From: Lingula anatina
Lineage: Eukaryota > Animalia > Brachiopoda
DNA length: 64,000 nt
Reading direction: 5' to 3'
Assembly (NCBI GenBank): GCA_051362555.1
Contig: CM120649.1
Location: 15,266,567 to 15,330,566 of the forward strand
This document shows, in pieces, positions 49,251 to 61,904 of this stretch. Position 1 is the first letter of the stretch, and each line of letters begins with the position of its first letter. The notes beneath the pieces are model-generated. The model worked only from the letters and a program-made list of their open reading frames with translations, was not told where the DNA came from and did not search any database. A program made the position numbers and the translations under genes.

Positions 49251-50306
49251 TATGCATACACAAGTGTGCTACCATGTGGTATATACAGACTAACAGTTAT
49301 AGCTTTGTTGATGAATATTGCTACACAAGTTAATTAATGATCTTTTTTAACGATTGACTTATTATCCATTTCGTAAAATACAGGCATTAACAATTTTAGT
49401 CAAAATCGGATCGCTTAACATATGCCTCTTATTTGTTGTCTAATCATATATTTACAGTCGATATTACAAATGTATATAAATTACAACTGTGTATAATATT
49501 AGTGTGTGTACTAATATATTACTTCATTTATTGTCATAACAGAATGATTCACAATTTTTTTTCCTATTTATTGAGAAGGGTGTTACTCATGAGTATTAGT
49601 TTTACAAGATAAACAACCTCCACTGTATATGATGGATTGCAGTAAAGCAGTTATGTCCACGATTTATTCAACAGCATGGAAAAATTATATGGGCCATTAA
49701 AAAAAGTGGCTTATATTTTCTTCTTTGTTTTCTGTGGGGATGGGAACGCCCCCTAAGCTTTATATATATAGATAGAGTCGTTAGAGTATTATTTGTGGAC
49801 AAGGAGAATTGGATTCCAAGCAAATAAGGAGGGTACAGGAGGACATGTGAATTTCACTTTCAGCCTTCAATTGCGTAAGGTAGGGATTATAGTGATAATA
49901 ATTAAGACTCTATATTTTGTTGTCAGGTCAAGAGGGCAGATAGTTATTTTCTTGATTAAGATGTTGAATTGTTATGCACTTTTTGCTTTGGGATCGATAG
50001 TATAATACCCTGATACGAAGCAAGAAAGTGACACATGATAGCGGCAAAAGTTTTTTTTCACAATAACAAGGAAGCACTTTAATTTTTTTTACAACCTGGC
50101 GTTTATTTTAAATGCATTGTGCACAACAGTTTAGGGATGCTTTATTCAGTTTTGTAAATTATCTAAAGGAGAATTGGTTTACTCATATTTTGTATTTTAT
50201 GTATGAATTGTTTTGCCACGTGTTTGAATTTTAACGCTTTTTATGTGCAGTGACTTTTTGTTTGCAGGTCTATCAATGTGTATTGTCTTGATTCATGTAA
50301 GTTTAA

Positions 50307-50621
50307 AGGGATAATAACTGTTTGTATGAGATCTATATTTCACAATAAAAACATTGTGAATAATTCGTAGAAAATATAATATATTCTATTTTACCACAAA
50401 AACGGCAGTTATAGCTATTATTCTGATGTCTGAGCTTGTCTTTAGACCACGTGACCTCCATTTCTTAAGGGATTTTAACAAAAAACCAAACTTTTTAGAA
50501 AAAAAACAGGGACTAACTTTGAATGTAAAAATGGGTTCATTAACCATTGGTTAGTATGGGAAAATTGTTGTTTACTCCAGAAAAATTCATTTTTTGGCCA
50601 AAACGAAGAGTTATTATCCCT
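50307..50621. mobile_element. TTAA-targeting MITE, copy 2
   Basis: TTAA|AGGGATAATAACT...AGTTATTATCCCT|TTTA. Homologous to 34469-34703 and absent at the paralogous position near 52960. Confidence 0.65.
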
Positions 50622-51552
50622 TTTATGTAAAGCAACTTTTCCTCAAAGAAAAATCCACTTCATTAAGTCATAAGCAATAAGTGGTTTCATATTACAATAT
50701 TTTGATTTTTAATGTAATCAGAAGATTTGGTAGGGGAGTAATGTGAGAGAGTAAAGTTTCTGGGTGTAAGTTGAGTTACTGTGGAGATGATTTCCTCACG
50801 TACTTACACAGAAACATCACCGCTACAAATGTTTTTATTCGAATGTGTGGTAGGGTTACCTACCGATGTTTCTCACGAAATTATGGTTATACTTCACTTT
50901 TTTATGTATATCCAATTTCAAATTTCAATATGACAGACAGTCATTGTTTTCTCACGTACATACACTGGACAATGGAAGTGTAAATCAGAGTAATCAAAGT
51001 TATTAACCTGAAGAGGTGGAATATAAGCAATGTCAGAATATCGATACAGTTGAATTGTTCTGTCAGAACCGTTTCTTTTGTGAAATTTGATGTTAATAAA
51101 ATGATACCAGGAGCATATCATTCCACAGTCATTTATCTCCCCCAAAGTATTGATTCAGTAGGGGTGACACTTCTATTGTCCAGTGTGTGTACACCGAACC
51201 AGTGATAAAATGACGGTAATACTGTGGACCTCTGCTACTTGATGGTTTGGCAGTGCGTGCTTCTTTTGTCATATTTCTTTAGAACATTTTGCAAAGACTG
51301 CACAATTAGATAGATAGCATTTCTACGGGACTTTTACTTGTAATTTAGAATGGCTTCATACTGCCTCTGTTCTATGGATTAGAAAGTAAAAGGAATATCA
51401 GCATAGCTTATGTTATAAATTGCTCTTTAATTATATAAAGTCTGATATTCTTGTACCGCTCATGTCATTTTAACACACAAGCTGTCAGTAACCCTAGTGT
51501 TAAATTTGTTTTCTTTTATTCCTCCTTTATCTATTCATGATTTTTTACATTC

Positions 51553-51906
51553 ATCAAACGCCGGGCGAGCGCAGATTCCTTAGATTCCCTGGAGAGCATT
51601 CACGAACGTTACGCTAAAGTATCTAAAAGAGTTTTTACAGACAAGGTAAATTTAAAGTCAGCATGTGAGGAGACGGGAGTCGCAAAACAGACGTTTATGG
51701 ACAGGGTCGGAATTGCAGAACTTAAAATAATAGACCTCCACAAATACCAGGAATTAGAGGAAGAATATCGCAAGTCATCAAGGCCGACTGTGAAAGGGTT
51801 CGAAACTCGGTGTCGTGAAGCCATAAAAACAATGTTTTTGGAACAAGTGAGGGAGGCTAGAAAAGATGGTAAACTTCTCAACCTGAAAACTAAGGCCTAT
51901 GACTAA
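51553..51906 (+). pseudogene. Orphan open-frame copy of the CCDC106-like C-terminal domain
   Basis: IKRRASADSLDSLESIHERYAKVSKRVF...GIAELKIIDLHKYQEL...NLKTKAYD*, homologous to about 48897-49250 and followed by the same 3' flank. No ATG or splice acceptor at its 5' junction. Confidence 0.75.
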
Positions 51907-52228
51907 TATTCATGCACATACACTGTATATACCATTTGATAATTGCAGACTAGCAATTGTATCTCTGTTGATGTATATTGCCTACTGTAGTTAATTTAAT
52001 GTTTTAACGGTTGACTTATTAACCATTTCTTTAAAATACCGGCGTTTACAATTAATTGGATCGCTTAACATATGCCTCTTATTTTGTCTGATCATATATT
52101 TACAATTGATATTACGAATGTATATAAATTACAACTGTGTATTATATTTGTGTGTGTTCTTATATATTACTTCATTTATTGTCATAACAGAATGCTTAAC
52201 AGTTTTTTTACGTAATAGGCCTACGCCA

Positions 52229-52282
<54 letters not shown>

Positions 52283-54286
52283 GAGCTGGTTGTATATACA
52301 CAGTCTTAATTCGTGAAAGGAATTGATTATGGTGATAATGGTTGAGACTTTTGTTGCCAAGTTAAGAGGACAGACAGTTATTTTCTTGATTAAGATGTTG
52401 AATTGTGCAATTTTTAATGTTTAGTTATCAGGGATAGATTTTATAGTTGCTTTATGAAAGAAGAGAAAGAAGTTATTTGCTGGGTTCAATAATGGTTGAT
52501 GTTGGTGGCGAGAGCGTGAGTCACCCTGTGTTGCTGGAGCAGGAACACCTTGACGACCGAGCGGCGCGATAAATTGTTAAAATACTGAGATGGATACTTG
52601 AGCGAGGTTGGCAATTATTGAAGATGGGGTCAATAAAGACGCCATGGAAGGACGCATGTATGGGCGGACTCCCCCCCCCCCCCCCAACCCCAACCAAATA
52701 ACGTGGCAAGAAAGTTTCACAGTCAGAAGGATGCACTTCTTTTGATTTAAACAAAACATTTATTTTTTTCATAACCTCGCGTATATTTTCAATGCATTGT
52801 GCACAACAGTTTAGGAATACTTTATTCAATTTTGTAAATTATCAAACAGGATTGGTTTACTCATGATATTTTGACCTGTATGAATTGTTTTACCACGTAT
52901 TTTAATTTTTATGTTGTGTGCAGGTCTATTAATGTGCATTGTCTTAATATATGTAGTTTAATAAAGTTTTATTCTATTATTGTGTCTTTTCTTATTTTTA
53001 TTTTGATGCTTAATGTAATGCAACTTTACCTTAAAGAAAATGTTAACTTCATTAAGTCGTTAGCAGTTGGTGGTTTCAAATTACAATATTTTGATTTTTA
53101 ATATAATAAGATCTTAAATTTTGATTTTGAAAATTTTGACAAGTTTTGAGCACAAAAACTTGATAAGACTAAAGTTTTGAGGTGTAAGATGAGTTACTGT
53201 GGAGATTTCCTCACATACAACTATTGGAAATATTACAAATTTTCCATGAAAATTAAGGGGCTGACTTGCCTGATTTTATAAGTAAAAGATTCAATTGAAT
53301 TGATTTAATAGAGTTAAATTGTTCAGTCAGAACCGTTTCTTTTGTGAAATTTGATGTTAATAAAATGATACCAGGAGCATATTATTCCACAGTCATTTAT
53401 CTCCCCCAAAGTATTGGTTCAGTAGGGGTGACACCTCTATTGTCCAGTGTGTGTACACCGAACCAGTGATAAAATGACGGTAATACTGCGGACCTCTGCT
53501 GCTTGATGGTTTGACAGTGCGTGATTCTTTCGTCAGATTTCTTTAGAACATTTTGCAAAGGCTTCACAATTAGATAAATAGTATTTCTACGGGACTAGTC
53601 ACTTTTACTTGTAATTTAGAATGGGTTCATAATGCCTGTGTTCTATGGATTAGAAAGTAAAAGGAATACCAGCATAGCTTATGTTATTAATTGCTTTTTA
53701 ATTAAATAAAGTCTGATATTCTTGTACCGCTCAAGTCATTTTTAACACACAAGTTGTCAATAACCCTAGTGTTAAATTTGTTTTCTTTTATTCCTCCTTT
53801 ATCTATTTATGATTTTTTATATTCAGTTAATGGGATGGGTGGTAGCTTATTTTTCATATTTAGTAGCGACTGCATTTGTAAGAAAATTCCACCTTTCTTC
53901 TCAAGGTGATTTTCCATTCGAGAGTTTTAATCCATCCTACTTAAAACTGACCCCTAGAGCGTCAGAACTCTATTAGCTGTCTGCATTCAAGAAGAATTTG
54001 TTAGCACCGATGGTATTGAATTGGGCACATTTACCAAGTCCATACAATAGTACAAGGCATTCACCAACTTTTGCTAAGCTCAGTTATTCCATTTATTTAT
54101 ATATTCATTACAATAGAGGACCAAACTTGACCGGTCAGAGCGGAATTAACTATGATTTTATTTTATAACTCTTTTAACAGTTAAAACATTGCCCAAGTCA
54201 GATCGTTCATCGAGTTGATTCGACACTTAAGAAGGTCTGATCGTGCTTATTGATTTCAGTATCACCTTGTAGGTAAGTTATTAAAA

Positions 54287-54365
54287 GGGGATTCCCCAAG
54301 GCCGATCGGACTGAGTCTACGCAGTATATATACAAGGTTCGCATGTGCCGTACAGGGGACTTTCC
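54287..54365 (+). promoter_or_regulatory. Paired NF-kappaB-type sites (paralogous upstream module)
   Basis: GGGGATTCCCC at 54287-54297, CCGATCGG at about 54302-54309 and GGGGACTTTCC at 54355-54365. Confidence 0.45.
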
Positions 54366-54526
54366 TAGTTCGACGTGTGACTGCATAGATATAACCAGGA
54401 CTGGAGGGAAATAAAATGGTAAAATATGTTACATATGAGACTGTATCGGACACTCACTCATGACTGGAGTCAATTATTTTCATTGTCCACGTGTGTGTGC
54501 GGGTGTGTGTGTGTGTGTGTGTGTGT

Positions 54527-54571
<45 letters not shown>

Positions 54572-55256
54572 AAAGGTGCACTTAAGATTGAAATCGATCC
54601 ACAAAGCTACAGGTTTACAATATTTGAGACATAACAGCCGTACGTTTTGAGACAGGAACTGTCACAAGTTGTGTGAACGCTTTTCTACGTGAATTCCAAC
54701 CCTCAACCGATAATCTGTATGTTTGATAATTGCAAACGAAAGCGTCACATGCCTGTTCAACAGTAGTTAAAGCAAATAGGGGATTCCCCCTTTCATGTAT
54801 AATGATAAGCACGATCGGGTCATAGGGGGCTTATAGTAAAGATTTGATAAGTTTTCGCGGCCTTTAAAACGAGGCAGGTAACCTTATAGTATCTGTTTTA
54901 AGCGTGTCGCGGTAACATTCACTCAGTCGGGATAGCAATAACATGAATGACAGCCAGACAGTGTGTTCAATGGAAAGTCGTATGTATTACTATCTATTCC
55001 ATGTTTACTATTTTTTTATTGACAAAGAAATATAATGTGATTATACATGTATTTACTAAGAAAATGTCCTACTTTAAACAACGATCACATTTCTTGAAAT
55101 ATTACCAAGCTGTTGTCATGTGTAAGTCGATCGTTAATATTAGCGTTCGTTCCTGCGTGTGATTGGAAGGTGTATGCGCGTGCTTGTGCATGTGTACTTC
55201 TGTATCCGCGAATAAGCATGTTTGTATTTATCTGCTTCTACATGTGTTTGTTAACT

Positions 55257-55294
<38 letters not shown>

Positions 55295-56494
55295 TGCACG
55301 ACTGCGTGCGTGTGTTTGATTGTGAACGGGTATGCTTGAGTGTGAGAGAGGGGGGAGATGCAAAAGTGTTAAAATTCAGCAGATCGTTGTCACAAAAGTA
55401 CAGATACACATAACTGGAAACAATATTATGAAGTACTGTGTTAATTATCTATATAATAGAGCATGCACCATGAGCCGATAATGACACTATTAAAGGGGCA
55501 AAGTAAAGGATTTCACTAAAAAAAACTCATTTAATTTATGCGGTTTAAATGGTAATTTAGGTAAATTTCTCGGACAATGTCGGACAATCCAACCTCTTAT
55601 TATCGTTTATAGACATTGAGGCAGGTAACAGCCGTTTGTCGCCCCCCCCCCCCCCCCCCCACCACCACCACCGTGCCTTAAGAATCCCACGTCCCATTTG
55701 TAAACTCATTGTAAACTCCGTGCGAGTGGAGCAAGTTACCCTTGCAGCCTCAATGTTCTCATCAACGAAGAGGCCCGATCCGACTAAACCATAGAAAGCT
55801 ATAAAAGCGCGTGCACGAGGCAGGTAACCTTACAGTATCTGTTTTAAGAGCGTCGCGGTAACATTCACTCAGTCGGGATAGCAATAACATAAATGACAGC
55901 CAGACAGTGTGTTCAATGGAAAGTCGTATGTATTACTATTAATAAATTCCATGTTTACTATATATTTTTTTATTGATAGAGTAATATAACGGGTTACGTG
56001 ATTATATGTTTACTAAAATAATGTCCTATTTAAAACAACGATCACATTTCTTGAAATATTACCAAGCTGTTGTCATGTGTAAGTCAATCGTTAATATTAG
56101 CGTTCGTTCCTGCGTGTGATTGGAATATGCATGTACCGTGCTTGAGCATGTGTGCTCTTGTATCTGTGTATATAAGCATGTTTGTATTTATCTGCTTCTA
56201 CATGTGTTTGTTTACTTAGGTGTGTGTGTGTGTGTGTTTAATTGTGAACGGGTATGTTTGAGTGTGAGAGAGTGTGGTTGTCACAGTAGTACAGATACAC
56301 CATAACTACATGAAAACAATAATCTTTTTTTCTGCTTTTTTTAAACTGATTTCTTGCATATATTTCCATCTACATCTGACTGTCTAGCTCCACATAAAAT
56401 ATAACACACTCAATCAAATCTAAGGCAGTTGAGGTATGTCAGCAGTTTTTCCATTACTCATTAAGTCACGACAGTTTCAGAGAATTCTGGTAAG

Positions 56495-56925
56495 TGGGGT
56501 CAGCCTGACCACCAAGAGACCAGCACCACGCAGAGGGGTCAGACTGACCACCAAAAGACCACCACCACCCAGAGAGGTCAGACTTTCCAACAAGAGACCA
56601 ACACCACCACTCAGAGAGGTCAGAGTGTCCAACAAGAGACCACCACCACCACTCAGAGAGGTCAAACTGTCCAACAAGAGACCAACACCACCACTCAGAG
56701 AGGTCATAATGTCCAACAAGAGACCAACACCAACACCCAGAGAGGTCAGACTGTCCAACAAGAGACCACCACCACCACTCAGAGAAGTCAGACTGTCCAA
56801 CAAGAGACCAACACCACTACTCAGAGAGGTCATAATGTCCAACAAGAGACCAACACCACCACCCAGAGAGGTCATAATATCCAACAAGAGACCACCACCA
56901 CCACCCAGAAGGGTCAGACAGACCA
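56495..56925. repeat. 39/42-bp minisatellite (about 10 units) expanded inside an exon-like segment
   Basis: Unit similar to GGTCAGACTGTCCAACAAGAGACCAACACCACCACTCAGAGA. The paralog at about 41310-41340 has only one partial unit. Confidence 0.9.
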
Positions 56926-59639
56926 ACCAGTCCACGCCAGACATTGTAACAGAAGCCGGACGCCCTGTGGTGACCCTCGTCCCGTGTGGCCCCACTGACC
57001 AGTGTGACCATACACAGGAAGATATAGAGAGCACCGACTCTCTGTAATTTGCCATAGCGAACAACTCGATTATATAGAAACAGCTTCTAAACAGTACTTC
57101 AAATTATGACACAAAGTTGATGTCATTTATTATTCTTAAATATTCTGTAATATCCAATATATTCTGGATTATAGCTGTTATTGTAAAGTGATTCATGAAT
57201 CGTCGTATTCTAACATACACTGGACTAGCAATAAAATGACGGTTATACTGCGGACCTCTGCTGCTTGATGTTTTTACAATGCGTGATTCTTTCGTCAAAT
57301 TTCTTTGGAGAATCCGTAAGGGATGCACGATTAGATAAATAGTATTTCTACGAGACGTCTCCTAGTAGTTAAGAATTGTTTAATTATGTCTCTGTTATGA
57401 TTTAAAAAGTACAAGGAAATATGTTACTTTTAAGTAAACTTGATGTAATTTATTTTTCTTAAACATTCTGTAATATCCAAGGTATTCTGGATTATAGCTG
57501 TTATTGTAAAGTGATTCATGAATCATTGTTTTTTCTCACATACAGCGAATCAGTGATAAAATGCGGACGTCTGCTGCTTGATGTTTTGACAATGAGTGAT
57601 TCTTTCGTCAAATTTCTTTAGGAAAGTTTGCAAGGGCTGCACATTTAGATAAATAGTATTTCAACGGGACGTCTCCTGGTAATTAAAAACAGTTTAATTA
57701 CGTCTCTGTTATATGGTTTAAAAAGTAAAAGGAACTATGTTACTTTTGAGTAAATTTCTTTTTTTTAAGTAAATTAAGTTATTAATATATTCTATTTTAG
57801 ATATTCTAGTTTGCTCTTGTCATTTTTACCCAAAAGCTGTCAACAACCCAAATGCCATTTCTAGGCATTTTTTTGTATTATTTTATTTTAGTTTTATTAT
57901 TTATTAATAGGTTGCATTTAATTAAAAATATTGGTGGGTGGGTTGGGGTGGTAGCTTGTTTGTCGTGTTTATTACCTGCTGGCAATTGTAAGAAAATTAC
58001 ACCTTTCTTAAGGCGTTTTCATTTTTTTATTTTCTTAAAATCCATTAAAATCCATCTTATTCGAAAACGACCCACAGATCTTCATAATAGAACGTTATAA
58101 GCTTTCTGCATCCAACGTAAAATATTCGTAACCACCGATGCCAGTGATTTAGTCACATGCATGTACTAAGTAGGCTACATACAATAGTGCAATACATTCA
58201 TCAACTTTTTTCCATCACTCGGGCATCAGTTCCTGTCTTTATTACAATTAAGGACCCAACATGACCGGTAAAGCGGAATTAACTATAACTGTTTGCCCAA
58301 GTCGATCATCGAGCCTATCCGATGCCTAAGAAGGTCCGATCGTACTTATTGATTCATGAGTAGTACACATGTACCTTGTATCAAGCTGTATGCTATGTCA
58401 CCATGTAAAAGGGGATTCCCCAAGTCCGATCGGACTAAGTCGCGCACGCTCAGTTCGACCCTGCTAGTCTAGTGGGATTTCCACAAAAGATGAATAGTAG
58501 GGGCATTTTGGGGTAAAAGTTGGGAACCAGGCTTATTAGCATAACTTTGGGATGCTGATTCCGATTTACCCGGTTCCCAAGCGAAATTTTGCGTTTTTAC
58601 CGGTCTAATTTGCAAAAAAACAAAATGGCCGCCAGATTTCCTATTTTCTGCAATATCTCTGGGACTAGACAGGCAAATGTGACAAATGAAGTGTCTTTAC
58701 CTATATTTTCAGGGTCGAGGAACATTATTAAGATGTTTCTGTTAGAATTAGATTTACGCAATTTTCCTAAATATGTAAATTAGGATCGCCATTACTGAAA
58801 AACTGTTTTACTTCTGTATCTCTGTAACTAGGCAAGCAAACATGACAAATGAAGTGTCTACACCTATGTTCTCAGGGTCAGGGAATGTGATAAATCAGAT
58901 GACTTGTCTGATGGGTAGCACTGACTTTGTGAATCGTGTCCGAGTAGCATCTTTTATTGTTTCTTCCCTGTATCTGTCAAACACAAGTCAATCTGCTGAT
59001 AGTTAGAACTTCAGAACTGCTTTTACGTTAACTAGGCAAGCAAACATGACATATGAAGTGCCCACACCCATGTTTTCAGCGTTAGGGAAAGTGATTAAGA
59101 CATTTTCACTATAATCAAATCAGCAATGAGTGCTACACTGTCACACTGTAGCAATTATTCGAATCTGAATTGAATTTTGCAATTAAATACTGCGCTGCCA
59201 TTGGGATGTAAACATATTGGATCACACAACTGCCCCTTTTACCTAGATTTAAAAAAGATTACCTTATTAATGCAATAGAGGGATTTGCTGAATCAAGTAA
59301 TTCATGTGATGCAATGTACAGACTTCACATTTAAAATGGATTTTTTTCAAACATATTTTCTTTGAATTTTTCCCATATATTAGTAATGGATGAAAATACA
59401 CTTGTTATCGTGTTCGATATGGCTTTAATAAATCAACCCGGGTGAATACATCATCAAAAATTTAATTTAAATAATAATTTAATATTCAAATCAGCGTTAT
59501 AAACAGCGCATGGATAATTTTATAGCTGATAACGAGGTATTACATTCTTATGAACTCGATATTATCAAGAATATCAGTTGGTAAGGATTTTCTCTCACAC
59601 AAAAGAATCATCAATACAAATGTGAAAAATGGAAACTGA

Positions 59640-60610
59640 TAACAACGCGTGCAGCCTCTTCTAGCTGCAACCAGAGCCCTCATTCCATGCAAAGAGGTTT
59701 CCGAGAGTATGATCCAGTATTGTGTTACACGCATTAGTCATAGCTTGCCTAAGCTTGTGCCGATTTGTAGGGTGGACGGGTAAGCTCTTGATTCTGCTAG
59801 CGATTTATGCCCACAGGTTTTCTATAGAATTCATGTCAGGGGAATTTCGTCGGCCAAGGCAACTGGTTTACCTCCTGGTTTTGCAGAAAAGCAGTTATTG
59901 CATGGGCATGGTGTGGTCGGGCATTGTCATCTTGCAGGATGAAGTTGTCCTGGAAGTACCTTCTTGCAAATTGCAAGCAAGTATTCTCTATAATGTCCCT
60001 GTATTTTATCTGGTTGAGGTTTCCGTCAATTGCCACCAATAGTGTTTTGGCTCCAGAGTGGAAACCGGCCCATACACAGATACTGCCACGGCCACAAGTC
60101 ACTGTAGTGTGACACAATCCCCGTGCAGTAACTCGTCTGGAAACCTACTGACTCTGATTCAGCCATCGCGGTGGTGGAACTCAAACCCTGCCTCATCTGT
60201 AAAAATCTACATGAAACCAGTGCTGTGCCTGGAACCGCAAATGGCGTCTAGCCCACCATGTTGCTCTGTTCATAGAGTTAACCAGCTAAAAGTAGCCTTG
60301 CATTCACTAGAGTTCTAGAAACATGCTTTTGAATGGTAATTTGCCACTCATTTTGTACAGCAAGAGTTGTCTTTGTCCGGTTGTTGCGACATAACCGCAG
60401 AAGCAAGCGGTCTTTCCTTCTGGTGGTGACTTTAGGACATCCTGGCCATGGTCTCTGTGTTAATGCACCAGTCTGGGCGTGTTTCTGTAAGACGTTAGAA
60501 ACTGCTCCCTGGGACACATTCAGCTGTCTGGTAATAGCAGTTTGCTTCTGTCCATTCTGGCATAATGCAACAATAGTGTGGCAAGTTGCTGCCGTTAGTT
60601 CACATACCGT
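59640..60610 (-). pseudogene. Decayed Tc1-family (DD34E-type) transposase nested in the Academ-like element
   Basis: HTH region ITRQLNVSQGAVSNVL...GCPKVTTRRKDRLL, ICVWAGF, FILQDDNARPH and frameshifted PDMNSIENLW, with multiple stops and frameshifts. Confidence 0.85.
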
Positions 60611-61002
60611 AAGGTCAGCTAAGAGTCTGCAAAATATCAAACTCTTCTGACTGGACGTTGTCGAAATATAGAGACCTATTCTGCAGAACTGCTGCCCTTT
60701 TATACGCATTCTGTAACCAGCCAAAGAGGACTGCTCAGAGAAACTGCCACATATTACGTAAGGCGGGCCCTGACCCCCCCCCCCCCCTTCGAATTCTGGT
60801 CCTCCCTTGAAATTATAATTTTGACTAGCTGAATCATAGTTGTAAACCATACCAAATGGCACCGTTCGCCCTCTTTAATACCAAAATTTTGTGTGGCCCT
60901 TCAACAGGCCCCTTACCCGTTGCCAAGTGGGGGGGAGGGGGGGGGGGCTTTGCATCCGCGGACTCCCCCTTCAAATAATCCTGGATCCGCCTCTGCTCAC
61001 CT

Positions 61003-61223
61003 TGCCTTATAATTGATGGGCAAGCACTGACAATTTCACTGGGAAAGCCTGACAATGCAGTGACCTTTGGTAGTTTGGCTGACACGTACGTAAGAGCGGT
61101 TCTGAAGGCAGGTTTTAACTATCAGCAGATTGACTTGTGTTTGACAGATACAGGGAAGAAACAATAAAAGGTGCTACTCGGACACGATTCACAAAGTCAG
61201 TGCTACCCATCAGACAAGAAATC
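61003..61223 (+). pseudogene. Remnant of an Academ-type PIN/XPG-like nuclease coding sequence
   Basis: CLIIDGQALTISLGKPDNAVTFGSLADTYVRAVLKAGFNYQQID(frameshift)VFDRYREETIKGATRTR carries the IDG...TFG...VFDRY...IK..TR pattern. Confidence 0.6.
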
Positions 61224-61904
61224 TGATTTATCACATTCCCTGACCCTGAGAACATAAGTGTAGACACTTCATTTGTCATGTTTGCTTGCCTAGTTACAGA
61301 GATACAGAAGTAAAACGGTTTTTCAGTAATGGCGATCCTAATTTGCATATTTAGGAAAATTGCGTAAATCTAATTCTAACAGAAACATCTTAATAATGTT
61401 CCTCGACCCTGAAAATATAGGTAAAGACACTTCATTTGTCACATTTGCCTGTCTAGTTCCAGAGGTATTGCAGAAAATAGGACATCTGGCGGCCATTTTG
61501 TTTTTTTGCAAATTAGACCGGTAAAAACGCAAAATTTCGCTTGGGAACCGGGTAAATCGGATTCAGCATCCCAAAATTATGCTAATAAGCCTGGTTCCCA
61601 ACTTTTACCCCAAAATGCCCCTTGCCTCTTATGCAGAGCCTTTTTTCAAAAATCTCACTAGACTATGCTGTTTGGCGATTTTTCCAAATCCTTTCAATAT
61701 CGGCGTGTGACAATACAGACATGACTAGAACTGGACGGAAATTAAATGGTTAATTATGTTATGTCTGATGTTGTGTCGGAGGCTCCTGGATTTAATGAGG
61801 TCCATCCAATAGTGCATAAGATTTGAAACATATTCTGTAAAATACATTGTTTACGTAGCCTACGTCAATGAATAGAAACTGTTTATAACTCGTGTCATTC
61901 CAAA

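Larger units (their letters stand above)
58465..61665. mobile_element. Academ-like non-autonomous DNA transposon with long TIRs
   Basis: Termini TAGTCTAGTG...CACTAGACTA, 3-bp TSD TGC (58462-58464 and 61666-61668), inverted arms of about 500 bp (58499-59005 and 61115-61622). The empty site is visible in the paralog near 42335. Confidence 0.85.

Noticed and set aside
60278-60862. Active 194-aa transposase gene
   Set aside because: Chimeric ORF across MITE and Tc1 sequence. The catalytic domain is broken by stops and frameshifts.
58589-61532. Pair of 64-aa genes on opposite strands (MRFYRSNLQK...)
   Set aside because: Mirror ORFs produced by the long inverted repeats, with non-ATG starts.
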